Of a stretch of DNA of 63,260 nt, positions 46,170 to 54,534 are shown piece by piece. The stretch lies in the IMG/VR virus record IMGVR_UViG_3300010970_000172, positions 1-63,260 of that record; one strand, given 5' to 3'. Position numbers and translations under genes: made by a program. The stretch comes from a virus. The notes under the pieces are model-generated. The model was not told the DNA's origin. It saw only the letters and a list, made by a program, of their open reading frames with translations, and did not search any database. Positions within the stretch are counted from its first letter, which is position 1; each line of letters opens with the position of its first letter.

Positions 46170-46817
46170 ATGAAGAGAGTATTAGTTGCTTGCGAAGAAA
46201 GTCAAGCTGTAACATTAGCGTTTAGAAAGTTAGGATTTGAAGCCTATAGTTGTGACATCCTACCTTGTAGTGGTGGACATCCCGAATGGCATTACCAACA
46301 AGATGTGTTTGAGGTAATAGATAAAGGTTGGGATTTAATGATTGCACATCCCCCTTGTACCTATCTGTCTGTAAGTGGAGCAAGGCATCTGTACAACAAG
46401 GATGGTAGCCCTAACGAGGAGAGGTACGAGAATCAGCGACAAGCTTTATTGTTTGTATACAAGCTGATGATGGCGAAGATTCCACGAATAGCTATCGAAA
46501 ACCCCATTAGCGTAATCTCATCGAAGTTGCGTAAGCCCGACCAAATCGTACAGCCATATTGGTTTGGCGATTCAGCGAGCAAGTCTACTTGTTTGTGGCT
46601 AAAGGATTTACCGAAGTTAGTACCAACAAATATGGTCGACAAGGGAGAGTTTAAGGAGTGGATAGATAGTAAAACAGGAAAACCGAAACGACAAGCGATG
46701 TGGTATTACGAAGCATTGCAGAAGGCTAAGTCGCCAGAAGAGCGAAGAAGTTTAAGAAGTAAAACATTTCAAGGCATAGCCGATGCTATGGCAGAGCAAT
46801 GGGGTGCTGTCCTTTAG
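46170..46817 (+). CDS. Short C5-cytosine-methyltransferase-like protein, 215 aa
   Basis: AHPPCTYLS (Pro-Cys motif IV) and AIENP (motif VI). The N-terminal VLVACEESQ replaces the usual FxGxG loop. Collinear with 59786..60409. Confidence 0.55.
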   Translation: MKRVLVACEESQAVTLAFRKLGFEAYSCDILPCSGGHPEWHYQQDVFEVIDKGWDLMIAHPPCTYLSVSGARHLYNKDGSPNEERYENQRQALLFVYKLMMAKIPRIAIENPISVISSKLRKPDQIVQPYWFGDSASKSTCLWLKDLPKLVPTNMVDKGEFKEWIDSKTGKPKRQAMWYYEALQKAKSPEERRSLRSKTFQGIADAMAEQWGAVL

Positions 46818-46824
46818 ACTAACC
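46813..46824 (-). repeat. Partial reversed hairpin motif TTTAGACTAACC
   Basis: Overlaps the TAG stop of 46170..46817. Confidence 0.6.
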
Positions 46825-46864
46825 CCTAATGCAAATTTTTAATTAACAATAACCAAGCAATAAA

Positions 46865-47281
46865 ATGAGTACGAAAAAAGATTTTTACGACCTCTTAACT
46901 TACGAGGAACGAGCATTATGGGAAGCAGAGTACCATAAGCAAAATGTTGGAATTTCATTAGAGATATTCCTAAAATCAAAGGCTACATCTTTTCAGAATT
47001 TTTTAGCACAATCTTTTGTGTTTGATTTGTCGGAGCAAGGATTTGACTATTGGTTTAATATGTCACGAAGTAATCGATATTTAGCCAATTGGGTGGATGT
47101 ATACTACAATGATGTAAATATTATGACAGAGATGGTGCAGAAGGGGTGTCGTTCAATCAAGATGCCATTACAGCAAGCAAATCAAATAGCAGAGCAGATG
47201 TTAATTCAAAATCTGATAACGGGATTCGTTATTGATGAACCAAATTCAAAAATTAAATTTCAAGGTAATGACAAAGATTAA
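46865..47281 (+). CDS. Hypothetical protein, 138 aa
   Basis: Track ORF. Confidence 0.55.
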   Translation: MSTKKDFYDLLTYEERALWEAEYHKQNVGISLEIFLKSKATSFQNFLAQSFVFDLSEQGFDYWFNMSRSNRYLANWVDVYYNDVNIMTEMVQKGCRSIKMPLQQANQIAEQMLIQNLITGFVIDEPNSKIKFQGNDKD

Positions 47282-47519
47282 TGTATCGGTGAATCCGTTC
47301 ACTATGGTTGCTAAAATATCGGCAAGAATTGATAGCAAGGAGGAGAGAGCAGAAGTAATATTCTCTCCTTATGAATTTGGCGAGGCTTGGTACGAGTTTT
47401 CGTTGGGGCATAGGCTATTTGAGATTCGGTTATCTTACGATGGCGAACTTTTAGTTGAAGTAGAGGATGCTGAAGATGGATCAGCACAAGCAGTTAAATT
47501 CGAAATCGTAAAGAAATAA
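47268..47519 (+). CDS. Hypothetical protein, 83 aa from the MTKINV start
   Basis: Track ORF 47232..47519, trimmed. Confidence 0.5.
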   Translation: MTKINVSVNPFTMVAKISARIDSKEERAEVIFSPYEFGEAWYEFSLGHRLFEIRLSYDGELLVEVEDAEDGSAQAVKFEIVKK

Positions 47520-47611
47520 TGAAGAAGCACGAAACATTAGGAGATTTTTTAGAATTGGTTTTGGGATTAATATTTGTCGCCACAGCCTACTTTGTATTAG
47601 TAATTTATTAA
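47519..47611 (+). CDS. 30-aa hydrophobic peptide (below the track cutoff)
   Basis: MKKHETLGDFLELVLGLIFVATAYFVLVIY, with a TAATG overlap with the upstream gene. Confidence 0.3.
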   Translation: MKKHETLGDFLELVLGLIFVATAYFVLVIY

Positions 47612-47622
47612 AGAACAATGTT

Positions 47623-47790
47623 ATGAAAGAACTTAAAATTATATCGGGTAGCTTGACTGCTGTAGCGTTTTGCTTGCTACCATTTACGGAAAGTCGATTT
47701 GATAAGGAAAATCTATTAGCATCAATAATAGTTTGCTTACCAACATTTTTATTCGCATCACATATAACAGCAAAGAAAGATGAAAAATAA
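47623..47790 (+). CDS. 55-aa membrane protein (below the track cutoff)
   Basis: MKELKIISGSLTAVAFCLLPF...LLASIIVCLPTFLFASHI.., overlapping the next start. Confidence 0.35.
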   Translation: MKELKIISGSLTAVAFCLLPFTESRFDKENLLASIIVCLPTFLFASHITAKKDEK

Positions 47791-48034
47791 AGAAGATTTA
47801 TTTAGGGCAGTTGCTTTTGCGATAGCCTTAATAGGCACGATTATGATTTGGTTTGGAATTTCTTTGAAGTCACAGCCAATTAGCTTGAGTCAGTACGACA
47901 AATCAAGAACAATGGTGCTTAATCCTACAGATGATGAATGGGTGGATAACTTTGATTCGAGTTATGTAGATGCTACTACTGGTTGTTTATTTTTAACACA
48001 TAAAAGTTCAACAAAGTATGGGCGAATTCAGTAA
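47780..48034 (+). CDS. 84-aa membrane protein
   Basis: Track ORF with the N-terminal TM helix AVAFAIALIGTIMIWFGI. Confidence 0.5.
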   Translation: MKNKEDLFRAVAFAIALIGTIMIWFGISLKSQPISLSQYDKSRTMVLNPTDDEWVDNFDSSYVDATTGCLFLTHKSSTKYGRIQ

Positions 48035-48509
48035 TAGACTTAATCATCACAAGTTAAATTGTGGATGGTGTGGTTACAGGCAGAACGAGGAGGAGTTGGT
48101 TAAGATTTTTAGTAGGGCTAATAGGAGCAAGATGAGTATGTCTTGTGAGAAATGTGAACTACCATTAACTATATCCAAATCGGTTAAAGGATTCCTTTCG
48201 GCATATCAGTCGGACAGATTGAGGCTCTTAAGGAATATTGAGAAGGGTGTCAGTAGAAAGAACGGGTTGTACAAATTTACTAAAGAGAAGTACGATACAG
48301 GATTCTACGATGTTGTCACAAAAGAGTTAAAACCTGTTACGATAAGTGGATTTAACTTGAGTGCATCAAGGGGACATCAGATTGCGGGTTGGCTAACTTT
48401 TAGGGAGGGTGCTAACGAATTATATGGATGGGACTTGAATGGTCGTGTTCACGGATTTACCGAACGGGACAATCCACAAGACTTACTTTTAAAACTTAAA
48501 TCAAATTAA
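48018..48509 (+). CDS. Zinc-ribbon protein, 163 aa
   Basis: CGWCGY ... CEKCE. Confidence 0.5.
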   Translation: MGEFSNRLNHHKLNCGWCGYRQNEEELVKIFSRANRSKMSMSCEKCELPLTISKSVKGFLSAYQSDRLRLLRNIEKGVSRKNGLYKFTKEKYDTGFYDVVTKELKPVTISGFNLSASRGHQIAGWLTFREGANELYGWDLNGRVHGFTERDNPQDLLLKLKSN

Positions 48510-48513
48510 TATT

Positions 48514-48807
48514 ATGTCAAACAGAACGATTGCTCAGAATTATTTATCAGTTAGTGGTGTATTGAAACCAATCTACGCCATCAAGAATCACAATGTAAAT
48601 ATCCGTGAACTAACTACGGAGTCGAAGTTGCGAATCAACAAGTTTAGAGTTGCCTACAGATTAGGTAGCAAGGAGGCAGAAATTGTTTCTATGTACCTTG
48701 AGGCAACAGATGACTATAGAACATTAATTTTTTCTAACCCTACTGATTCAACACGGACAATAGGAATTCCTATTATGAATGTAATTAGTTGTGAAAGAAT
48801 AAATTAA
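48514..48807 (+). CDS. Hypothetical protein, 97 aa
   Basis: Track ORF. Confidence 0.55.
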   Translation: MSNRTIAQNYLSVSGVLKPIYAIKNHNVNIRELTTESKLRINKFRVAYRLGSKEAEIVSMYLEATDDYRTLIFSNPTDSTRTIGIPIMNVISCERIN

Positions 48808-48813
48808 TTGTAT

Positions 48814-48821
48814 TATATTTG
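48814..48821 (+). promoter_or_regulatory. -7 box TATATTTG (weak GTTG -33 element at 48788..48791)
   Basis: Matches TAnnTTTG directly after the stop of 48514..48807. Confidence 0.4.
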
Positions 48822-48827
48822 CAAACC

Positions 48828-48921
48828 AAGTTTGGAGTTCAATTGAGGGATTGTACTCGAAACAAATAGGTGAAATCCTATCCCCAAGATTCTTTCCCTC
48901 GAAGGTCTTGGGGTTTTTTTT
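48828..48921 (+). ncRNA. Candidate ~95-nt leader RNA, sRNA or attenuator between a promoter and a terminator
   Basis: Runs from the predicted start after the -7 box to the terminator at 48882..48921. No convincing ORF. Confidence 0.25.
48882..48921 (+). terminator. Intrinsic terminator upstream of the replication genes
   Basis: CCCCAAGA-N16-TCTTGGGG followed by TTTTTTTT. Confidence 0.65.
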
Positions 48922-48926
48922 CGATT

Positions 48927-49121
48927 ATGGATTTAGAAACTACAGCATTTAATGTCATTTGTAAAGTAAAGATTGCACATAGCAAGATTGAATTGGCACA
49001 ATGGGAGTCGGTAATTAAGTATGCCAAACCAGAGATGTCAGCATTTGATATGATCCTTAATAAGATTGAGGAACAGGTTGATATTATAAGAGATTTAGAA
49101 GCCAAATTAAAAGATAATTAA
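48927..49121 (+). CDS. Hypothetical protein, 64 aa from the MDLETT start
   Basis: Track ORF 48870..49121, trimmed because its N-terminus is the terminator hairpin. Confidence 0.45.
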   Translation: MDLETTAFNVICKVKIAHSKIELAQWESVIKYAKPEMSAFDMILNKIEEQVDIIRDLEAKLKDN

Positions 49122-49813
49122 TGAAGTGGTATGCCATAATTCCTAACGAAGTTCTTTCGAACAAGGAGTTGACCTCAAGTGCGAAATTATTGATTGGAGT
49201 TCTTGTTAGCTTGTCTAATAAGAATGGCTATTGCTTTGCTTCAAATCAGTACATTTCGGATGTACTTGGTATCTCTTCAGCGTATGTTCGTTCGCTAATA
49301 AAAGAGTTAGAAGACAAGAATATTATTACACGAGAATCTTCACTCAAAAGTTCGGGCGATTTAGGCACACGAATGATAAAAATAGTTGACCTATCGATGT
49401 TAAAGGAGGATTCTGAAGACAGAGGGGGTGCTACTATAGTATCAAGGGGGGTGCTACTCGGCAAGCAGGGGGGTGCTACTATAGTATCACCATATAATAA
49501 AGTTAATAATACAGATAATAAAAAAGTTAATAATGACCGATTCGAAGAGTTTTGGGATGCATACGGAAAGAAGGTTGGAAAGGAGAAAGCTAAATCCAAA
49601 TGGAGCAAGCTTAAGGAGTCTGATAAAGATGCAATTTTTTTAGCCATCCCTAAATATAAAGAATCAAGACCCGACCCGACCTACAGGAAAGACCCCGAAA
49701 GGTACATCGGACATCGGGTGTGGGAGGATGAGATACCATCATCTTCTACACAGCCAACAACATCACAAGTAAACCAAACAGATTTTGAAATTAAAATTCC
49801 CGAAAAATGGTAA
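49121..49813 (+). CDS. Replication initiator or organizer with an N-terminal winged-HTH (HTH_36/DnaD-like)
   Basis: LTSSAKLLIGVLVSLSNKNGYCFASNQYISDVLGISSAYVRSLIKELEDKNII. The C-terminus reads FEEFWDAYGKKVGKEKAKSKW. Iterons lie inside the gene and DnaB follows with a start/stop overlap. Confidence 0.6.
   Translation: MKWYAIIPNEVLSNKELTSSAKLLIGVLVSLSNKNGYCFASNQYISDVLGISSAYVRSLIKELEDKNIITRESSLKSSGDLGTRMIKIVDLSMLKEDSEDRGGATIVSRGVLLGKQGGATIVSPYNKVNNTDNKKVNNDRFEEFWDAYGKKVGKEKAKSKWSKLKESDKDAIFLAIPKYKESRPDPTYRKDPERYIGHRVWEDEIPSSSTQPTTSQVNQTDFEIKIPEKW
49424..49491 (+). repeat. Iteron cluster B (putative origin): three G5-6-TGCTACT boxes spaced 22-23 bp, followed by an AT-rich tract to about 49535
   Basis: GGGGGTGCTACTATAGTATCA / GGGGGGTGCTACTCGGCAAGCA / GGGGGGTGCTACTATAGTATCACC. 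They encode the GGATIVS repeat. Confidence 0.75.
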
Positions 49814-51240
49814 AGCCCTTCGCTAAATTAGTTGACCATCTTTTAGAAAAGGATATGATATCCTATCTACTTGAGCATTCGCATACCTTAAATGAGGTAA
49901 GTAAGATTATAAGTTCAGAGTCCTTCGTTGATGCATTAAACAAGGCTTCATTCTCTGCGATGGTTGAACTTTCTTCTATCAATAGTACATTCAATCGTTA
50001 CGATGTATTTCGTAGCCTTAAATCAAAAGAATCTGATTTAGGTATTGAGGCATCTCCTATCCTTTCGATGCTACCAACAAGGTCGGTAGATTATATGCAA
50101 GTTGCATTCGAGATAAAGGAGTTGGAGAACAAGAGACATATGTTTGATATGGCTAATAGGATTCACTCAGCATTAGATAATAATGAAGAGTTATCTACCT
50201 TATCTTCCATTATTGAGCAAGGATTGTCGTTGGTGGAGGATTCTACTGCATCGCAAGAAGTTTATTCTATCCAAAATGTTTACGATGAAGTAATCACGAA
50301 GATGGAGGAGTCGGCTGGAATCGATAAATCGTTTAGTGGTATTGATACAGGTAGTCGCAAGTTGAACTATACATTAGGTGGTTGGCAAGAGGGGATGACT
50401 ATTATAGCGGCTCGACCATCGATGGGTAAAACTATCGTTGGGTTGGAGCATACGAAGGCTTGTGCTAAGTCGGGTAAGCGAGTTTTGTTTTTAAGTTTAG
50501 AGATGCCTAAAAATTCTTTATTGTATCGATACATCTCATCAGAGATTACCGAATACAATTACTCTGATCTCAAAGCAAATCGAATTTCTCCCGAAGATGT
50601 TAAGAAGATTAAGCAGTCTCAAGCGAAGGAGTTAAGAAGTTTACCTATTTATTTCTACGATTCAGACAACAGGGATATTAATTACTTGTCAATGATGATG
50701 ACTGCCGAAGTTCGCAAGAACAAGATTGATATGGTAGTAATCGATTACCTTCAGTTGATTCGTGACAATCAAATTAAGGGGCAAGATGATTTCTCACAAG
50801 TGTCATCCGTTAGTAACAAGATACAGAAGTTGTCAAGAAAGTTGAGAATACCTATCATTTGTTTATCACAGCTTTCGAGAAATGTTGAGTCACGACCTAA
50901 CAAGACACCTATGCTTGCTGACTTAAGGTCATCGGGTAACATCGAGCAAGATGCAATCGTTGTGATTGGTTTGTATCGAGATGACTACTACAAGTATGTT
51001 GATGCGAAGGCGAATGGTCAAGCAGTTGCACCTATGGATAACACATTAAAGTATGTAATCCTAAAGAATCGAGATGGCGAAGTTGGAGATGTAAACAGAT
51101 TTGTTGATGTGAAGACAAACAGAGTTGCTGATAGTGAAGACGAGTTGTTTAGGTTCACAAAACCAGAAGTGCTGTACAAAGATTCTGTGTTGAATACAAT
51201 GACTAATGTATTTGATAATGTTCAAGAGTCCCCTTTTTAA
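49807..51240 (+). CDS. dnaB: Replicative DNA helicase, DnaB family
   Basis: ARPSMGKT (Walker A), VVIDYLQLI, PIICLSQLSRNVESR, DLRSSGNIEQDAIVV. Confidence 0.9.
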   Translation: MVKPFAKLVDHLLEKDMISYLLEHSHTLNEVSKIISSESFVDALNKASFSAMVELSSINSTFNRYDVFRSLKSKESDLGIEASPILSMLPTRSVDYMQVAFEIKELENKRHMFDMANRIHSALDNNEELSTLSSIIEQGLSLVEDSTASQEVYSIQNVYDEVITKMEESAGIDKSFSGIDTGSRKLNYTLGGWQEGMTIIAARPSMGKTIVGLEHTKACAKSGKRVLFLSLEMPKNSLLYRYISSEITEYNYSDLKANRISPEDVKKIKQSQAKELRSLPIYFYDSDNRDINYLSMMMTAEVRKNKIDMVVIDYLQLIRDNQIKGQDDFSQVSSVSNKIQKLSRKLRIPIICLSQLSRNVESRPNKTPMLADLRSSGNIEQDAIVVIGLYRDDYYKYVDAKANGQAVAPMDNTLKYVILKNRDGEVGDVNRFVDVKTNRVADSEDELFRFTKPEVLYKDSVLNTMTNVFDNVQESPF

Positions 51241-51251
51241 ATTAAAATATT

Positions 51252-51527
51252 ATGATAGAAAAAGAAAAAGCACACGAATTAATAGATAAGTTTTATCGAT
51301 ATGTTCCAGCAGATGAAGAGTGTGAACACGAATATGCTGTACAATGTGCATTAATTGCAGTAGATGAGATAATTAATAGTTTCCCAACATACCCAAGCGA
51401 AGTTGATTGGGATGATTGTGGTGCAACATATGAACGCTATTTTAGTGAACAAATGGAGCAAGCTGAAGTATTCTGGAAAGAAGTTAGGCAAGAAATAGAA
51501 AAATGTAAGAAACCAAACAAAAAATAA
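51252..51527 (+). CDS. Hypothetical protein, 91 aa
   Basis: Track ORF. Confidence 0.55.
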   Translation: MIEKEKAHELIDKFYRYVPADEECEHEYAVQCALIAVDEIINSFPTYPSEVDWDDCGATYERYFSEQMEQAEVFWKEVRQEIEKCKKPNKK

Positions 51528-51528
51528 T

Positions 51529-51894
51529 ATGATTACTAATTTTGAAAAAATCACACGGGCATTGAGTCCCGAAGAGGTTGGAGTAATTCTTTCTCTAACA
51601 CGAGTACTTAGTTCGGCATCTTATAGGAATCCGATAAAGGCAGATGAAATTGTTCGTAGAGTAAACGGGAAGCAAGAAAAGGGTGATCAGCCAGTTTTCT
51701 TTAGTCAAGTGAAGTTGCGGAAGTTGGTAAACTTTATCCGTAGCGAATCTATCTTGCCTGTAATCGCTACATCGAGAGGGTATTACCTTTCTTATGATAG
51801 GGATGAAATTGCTATGCAAATCAAATCTATGGAGGAGCGAGCAGATGCTATCACAAATGCAAAGAATGGTTTAATGATTTTTTTAGACAAATAA
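51529..51894 (+). CDS. Hypothetical protein, 121 aa
   Basis: Track ORF. Confidence 0.55.
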   Translation: MITNFEKITRALSPEEVGVILSLTRVLSSASYRNPIKADEIVRRVNGKQEKGDQPVFFSQVKLRKLVNFIRSESILPVIATSRGYYLSYDRDEIAMQIKSMEERADAITNAKNGLMIFLDK

Positions 51895-51898
51895 AGAG

Positions 51899-52060
51899 AT
51901 GAGAAACCTAATTTACATTCTGTTGATATCAATGATATCGCAGTCGTGCTTTCATCGGAGTTATGTTTGCAATAAGACAAGGATTCCGAAGTCGAGAGTT
52001 AAGATGATTCACAAGCTACAGCGTGAATATAATTACAAACCTTATAAATTTATTCGGTAA
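51899..52060 (+). CDS. Small putative lipoprotein, 53 aa (below the track cutoff)
   Basis: MRNLIYILLISMISQSCFH.. (signal peptide plus Cys), with a TAATG overlap with the next gene. Confidence 0.35.
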   Translation: MRNLIYILLISMISQSCFHRSYVCNKTRIPKSRVKMIHKLQREYNYKPYKFIR

Positions 52061-52869
52061 TGGAGATATACAAGGAACTGAATAAGTTCAAACACATTAA
52101 ATACTTTGATGCCCCGCACAAGTATTTCATCGGAGAGCAAGAGTTGGTAAGTGGTACATCGTTTCTTGGAAAGATTAAGCCAAAGTTTGATGCTCAAAAG
52201 ATGGCGAAAGGTACAGCTAAGAAGACAAAGCGTTCTGTCGAAGATGTTCTTGAGGAATGGGACTACAAAAGAGATTTCTCTGCAATGAAAGGAACATTTG
52301 TTCACAGCTACGCAGAAAACTTTTGGTCTAACAAGGTATTCCCTTACGATTTTGAGTTGCCAAATGAAAGGTTTGGCGAAGATGGAGCATCTAACTTAAA
52401 GGAAAGATATGAGGCTTGCATTCGTTTGTTCGAGGATTTCTACAAAGATGCATCTTCAAGTCTAATCCCGATAGCCTCAGAGTTAGTTGTTGGGGACCAG
52501 CATTTACCTGTTTACGATGAAGATGGAGAACTTATATCTTCGGGAGTTGCGGGTATGGTCGATGGGTTATTTTGGAACGAGAAACAGAATGAGCTTCAAA
52601 TCTGGGATTACAAGACTAACGGAAAGATTAGGATGAGTTCCGAATATCGTAAGCGTTTCAATCCTCCTATTGCTTTTATTGAGGAATGTGAATACGAGAC
52701 TTATTCGCTACAGCTAAACCTGTACAAGTACATCATTCAAAAGAACACAAACCTAAAGATTGGCAAGTGCTATCTTGTTTGGTTGCACGAGGATAACCCA
52801 TCGTACCAAGTTATCGAATGTAAGGAGTACCAAGATGTAATTAGTTTACTTTTTAAACCAAGAAAATAA
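52060..52869 (+). CDS. PD-(D/E)XK nuclease, RecB/Cas4-like exonuclease
   Basis: GTFVHSYAE, MVDGLF...LQIWDYKT (D..D-x-K), YSLQLNLYKY (QxxxY). Confidence 0.6.
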   Translation: MEIYKELNKFKHIKYFDAPHKYFIGEQELVSGTSFLGKIKPKFDAQKMAKGTAKKTKRSVEDVLEEWDYKRDFSAMKGTFVHSYAENFWSNKVFPYDFELPNERFGEDGASNLKERYEACIRLFEDFYKDASSSLIPIASELVVGDQHLPVYDEDGELISSGVAGMVDGLFWNEKQNELQIWDYKTNGKIRMSSEYRKRFNPPIAFIEECEYETYSLQLNLYKYIIQKNTNLKIGKCYLVWLHEDNPSYQVIECKEYQDVISLLFKPRK

Positions 52870-53135
52870 TGACAGACCCCGTAGAAGATTTAGTTGGTGA
52901 GGCGGAGATTACCATAAGAGATGCCTACCGAAGAGGATTTGATGATGCGAAGAATTCGACAGACAAAATCCCTAAAACAAAGAAAATACTTGCAGATTTT
53001 GAAGAGTACCTTGTTGGATTCAAGATGTATAAAAACTTGGATGGGGTGAGATACTACGAGATTGAAAGTAAACTGCTTACGATAAATGAAATAACCAAAC
53101 TTTTTCTTTTAAGATATGGATACGAAGAAGAATAG
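52869..53135 (+). CDS. Hypothetical protein, 88 aa
   Basis: Track ORF. Confidence 0.5.
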   Translation: MTDPVEDLVGEAEITIRDAYRRGFDDAKNSTDKIPKTKKILADFEEYLVGFKMYKNLDGVRYYEIESKLLTINEITKLFLLRYGYEEE

Positions 53136-53376
53136 CTTAATCACAAAGGTTAAGACTTTCCTAAAAAAGTCAAACCTTCCTTTTACTAAAATAAAAAATA
53201 CAGAAAATTTACTACTGATGAAGTCAGTTGGTAACCATCATTATCTGCTGATTCAATTTTACGATATGCCAGATAAATGGTTTGATGATCGTAATTACTT
53301 TGACATCAAGGTAGCTTATGGAATTGAATATAAGCAAGTAATAGGAGCAGTAGAAAGATATTTAAACGGACAATAA
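53116..53376 (+). CDS. Hypothetical protein, 86 aa
   Basis: Track ORF. Confidence 0.5.
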   Translation: MDTKKNSLITKVKTFLKKSNLPFTKIKNTENLLLMKSVGNHHYLLIQFYDMPDKWFDDRNYFDIKVAYGIEYKQVIGAVERYLNGQ

Positions 53377-53588
53377 TGAAAAGGTTATTTAGTTGGTTGT
53401 TCCCAAAGTACGAGGTAAGACACATATCGTTTTATAACGCTACCGCAGGAATGAAACAGCACGATGAGTTTATCGAGCATTACAATAAAGGAGGGATACA
53501 GATTATTAATTCGTTTATCACATACCATAACTACGAAAAGAGTCACATCCCACAAGGAATACATTATGTAATTAAATTTAAAAAATAA
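53376..53588 (+). CDS. Hypothetical protein, 70 aa
   Basis: Track ORF. Confidence 0.5.
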   Translation: MKRLFSWLFPKYEVRHISFYNATAGMKQHDEFIEHYNKGGIQIINSFITYHNYEKSHIPQGIHYVIKFKK

Positions 53589-53591
53589 AAG

Positions 53592-53969
53592 ATGAAACCA
53601 ATATTTAAAATAGGGGATAAAGTATTTCACTTTGCATACGGATGGGGTACTATAAAAGATTTTGTACGAGATTCAATTAGAGTAGATTTTTACGATGTAT
53701 CTAATGGAATAAGATTGTTTGACGGGAATAGTATAAAATTGATATCTTTCACCGAATACACCCTTAACGGCTTCTCACAACAACGCCCCGAAGAATTACC
53801 TAAGAAGGGGCAGATTGTTTGGGTGAGAATGGAGTTTCCTGCAAGATGGATTGTTGGACATTTTTTCGAGAAAGAAGACGATAGGTATCACATATCTTGC
53901 GACAACAAATATAGCCACGCATACGGATACGAAATTAGAACAACTAACCCGTACGAAGATGAGAAATAA
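53592..53969 (+). CDS. Hypothetical protein, 125 aa
   Basis: Track ORF. Confidence 0.5.
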   Translation: MKPIFKIGDKVFHFAYGWGTIKDFVRDSIRVDFYDVSNGIRLFDGNSIKLISFTEYTLNGFSQQRPEELPKKGQIVWVRMEFPARWIVGHFFEKEDDRYHISCDNKYSHAYGYEIRTTNPYEDEK

Positions 53970-54123
53970 CTTAATAGCATTGTCATTCCTTTGCTTTGGT
54001 TGTGAAGTGCGAGAGATGCCTGAGCCGATAAAGGTTACAAAGCTGACAAAGGTTTATTCAATTCAGGTTCAGCGTAACGGCAATACTTGGAATCCGCAAT
54101 ACTTGCCTAACATAGGTAAATAA
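53959..54123 (+). CDS. Small putative lipoprotein, 54 aa
   Basis: MRNNLIALSFLCFGCEV.., the internal start of track ORF 53851..54123. Confidence 0.35.
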   Translation: MRNNLIALSFLCFGCEVREMPEPIKVTKLTKVYSIQVQRNGNTWNPQYLPNIGK

Positions 54124-54135
54124 ACAACAAGACAA

Positions 54136-54348
54136 ATGAAACTATATACAGAAGAACAAGTAAGGAAGGCATATAAAGACGGAAATAGAGATGGGTTTAA
54201 TCACATTTGTATTTCAGCCGACTATTTAAATTTTGTAACACCTATCGAACTACCAAGTGAGGAGGAGATAGAAGAAAAATTAGCTTTTCACGCACACGGT
54301 GCAAGATGGGTAATAAATCGTATTAAACAACAAGACAATGGAAAGTAG
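54136..54348 (+). CDS. Hypothetical protein, 70 aa
   Basis: Track ORF, preceded by the junction cassette TAAACAACAAGACAA. Confidence 0.5.
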   Translation: MKLYTEEQVRKAYKDGNRDGFNHICISADYLNFVTPIELPSEEEIEEKLAFHAHGARWVINRIKQQDNGK

Positions 54349-54523
54349 AAGCTTTAAAAGAGGTGATAGAGTTTATGACAAAAGATATGGTAATGGAATA
54401 ATAGATTATTCAGAGAACCATTTAATAGTTGAATTTAAAACAGGACAATATATTACATACGACTTAAAAGGTTATAGACATTACCCAGAAGAAAAAACTC
54501 CAGCTTTAGAATTTAGGTATTAA
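54338..54523 (+). CDS. Hypothetical protein, 61 aa
   Basis: Track ORF with the same junction cassette. Confidence 0.5.
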   Translation: MESRSFKRGDRVYDKRYGNGIIDYSENHLIVEFKTGQYITYDLKGYRHYPEEKTPALEFRY

Positions 54524-54534
54524 ACAACAAGACA

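Noticed and set aside
48870-48926. GTG-initiated N-terminal extension of ORF 48870..49121
   Set aside because: It would be translated through the CCCCAAGA/TCTTGGGG-T8 terminator hairpin. The ATG at 48927 right after the T run is the more plausible start.
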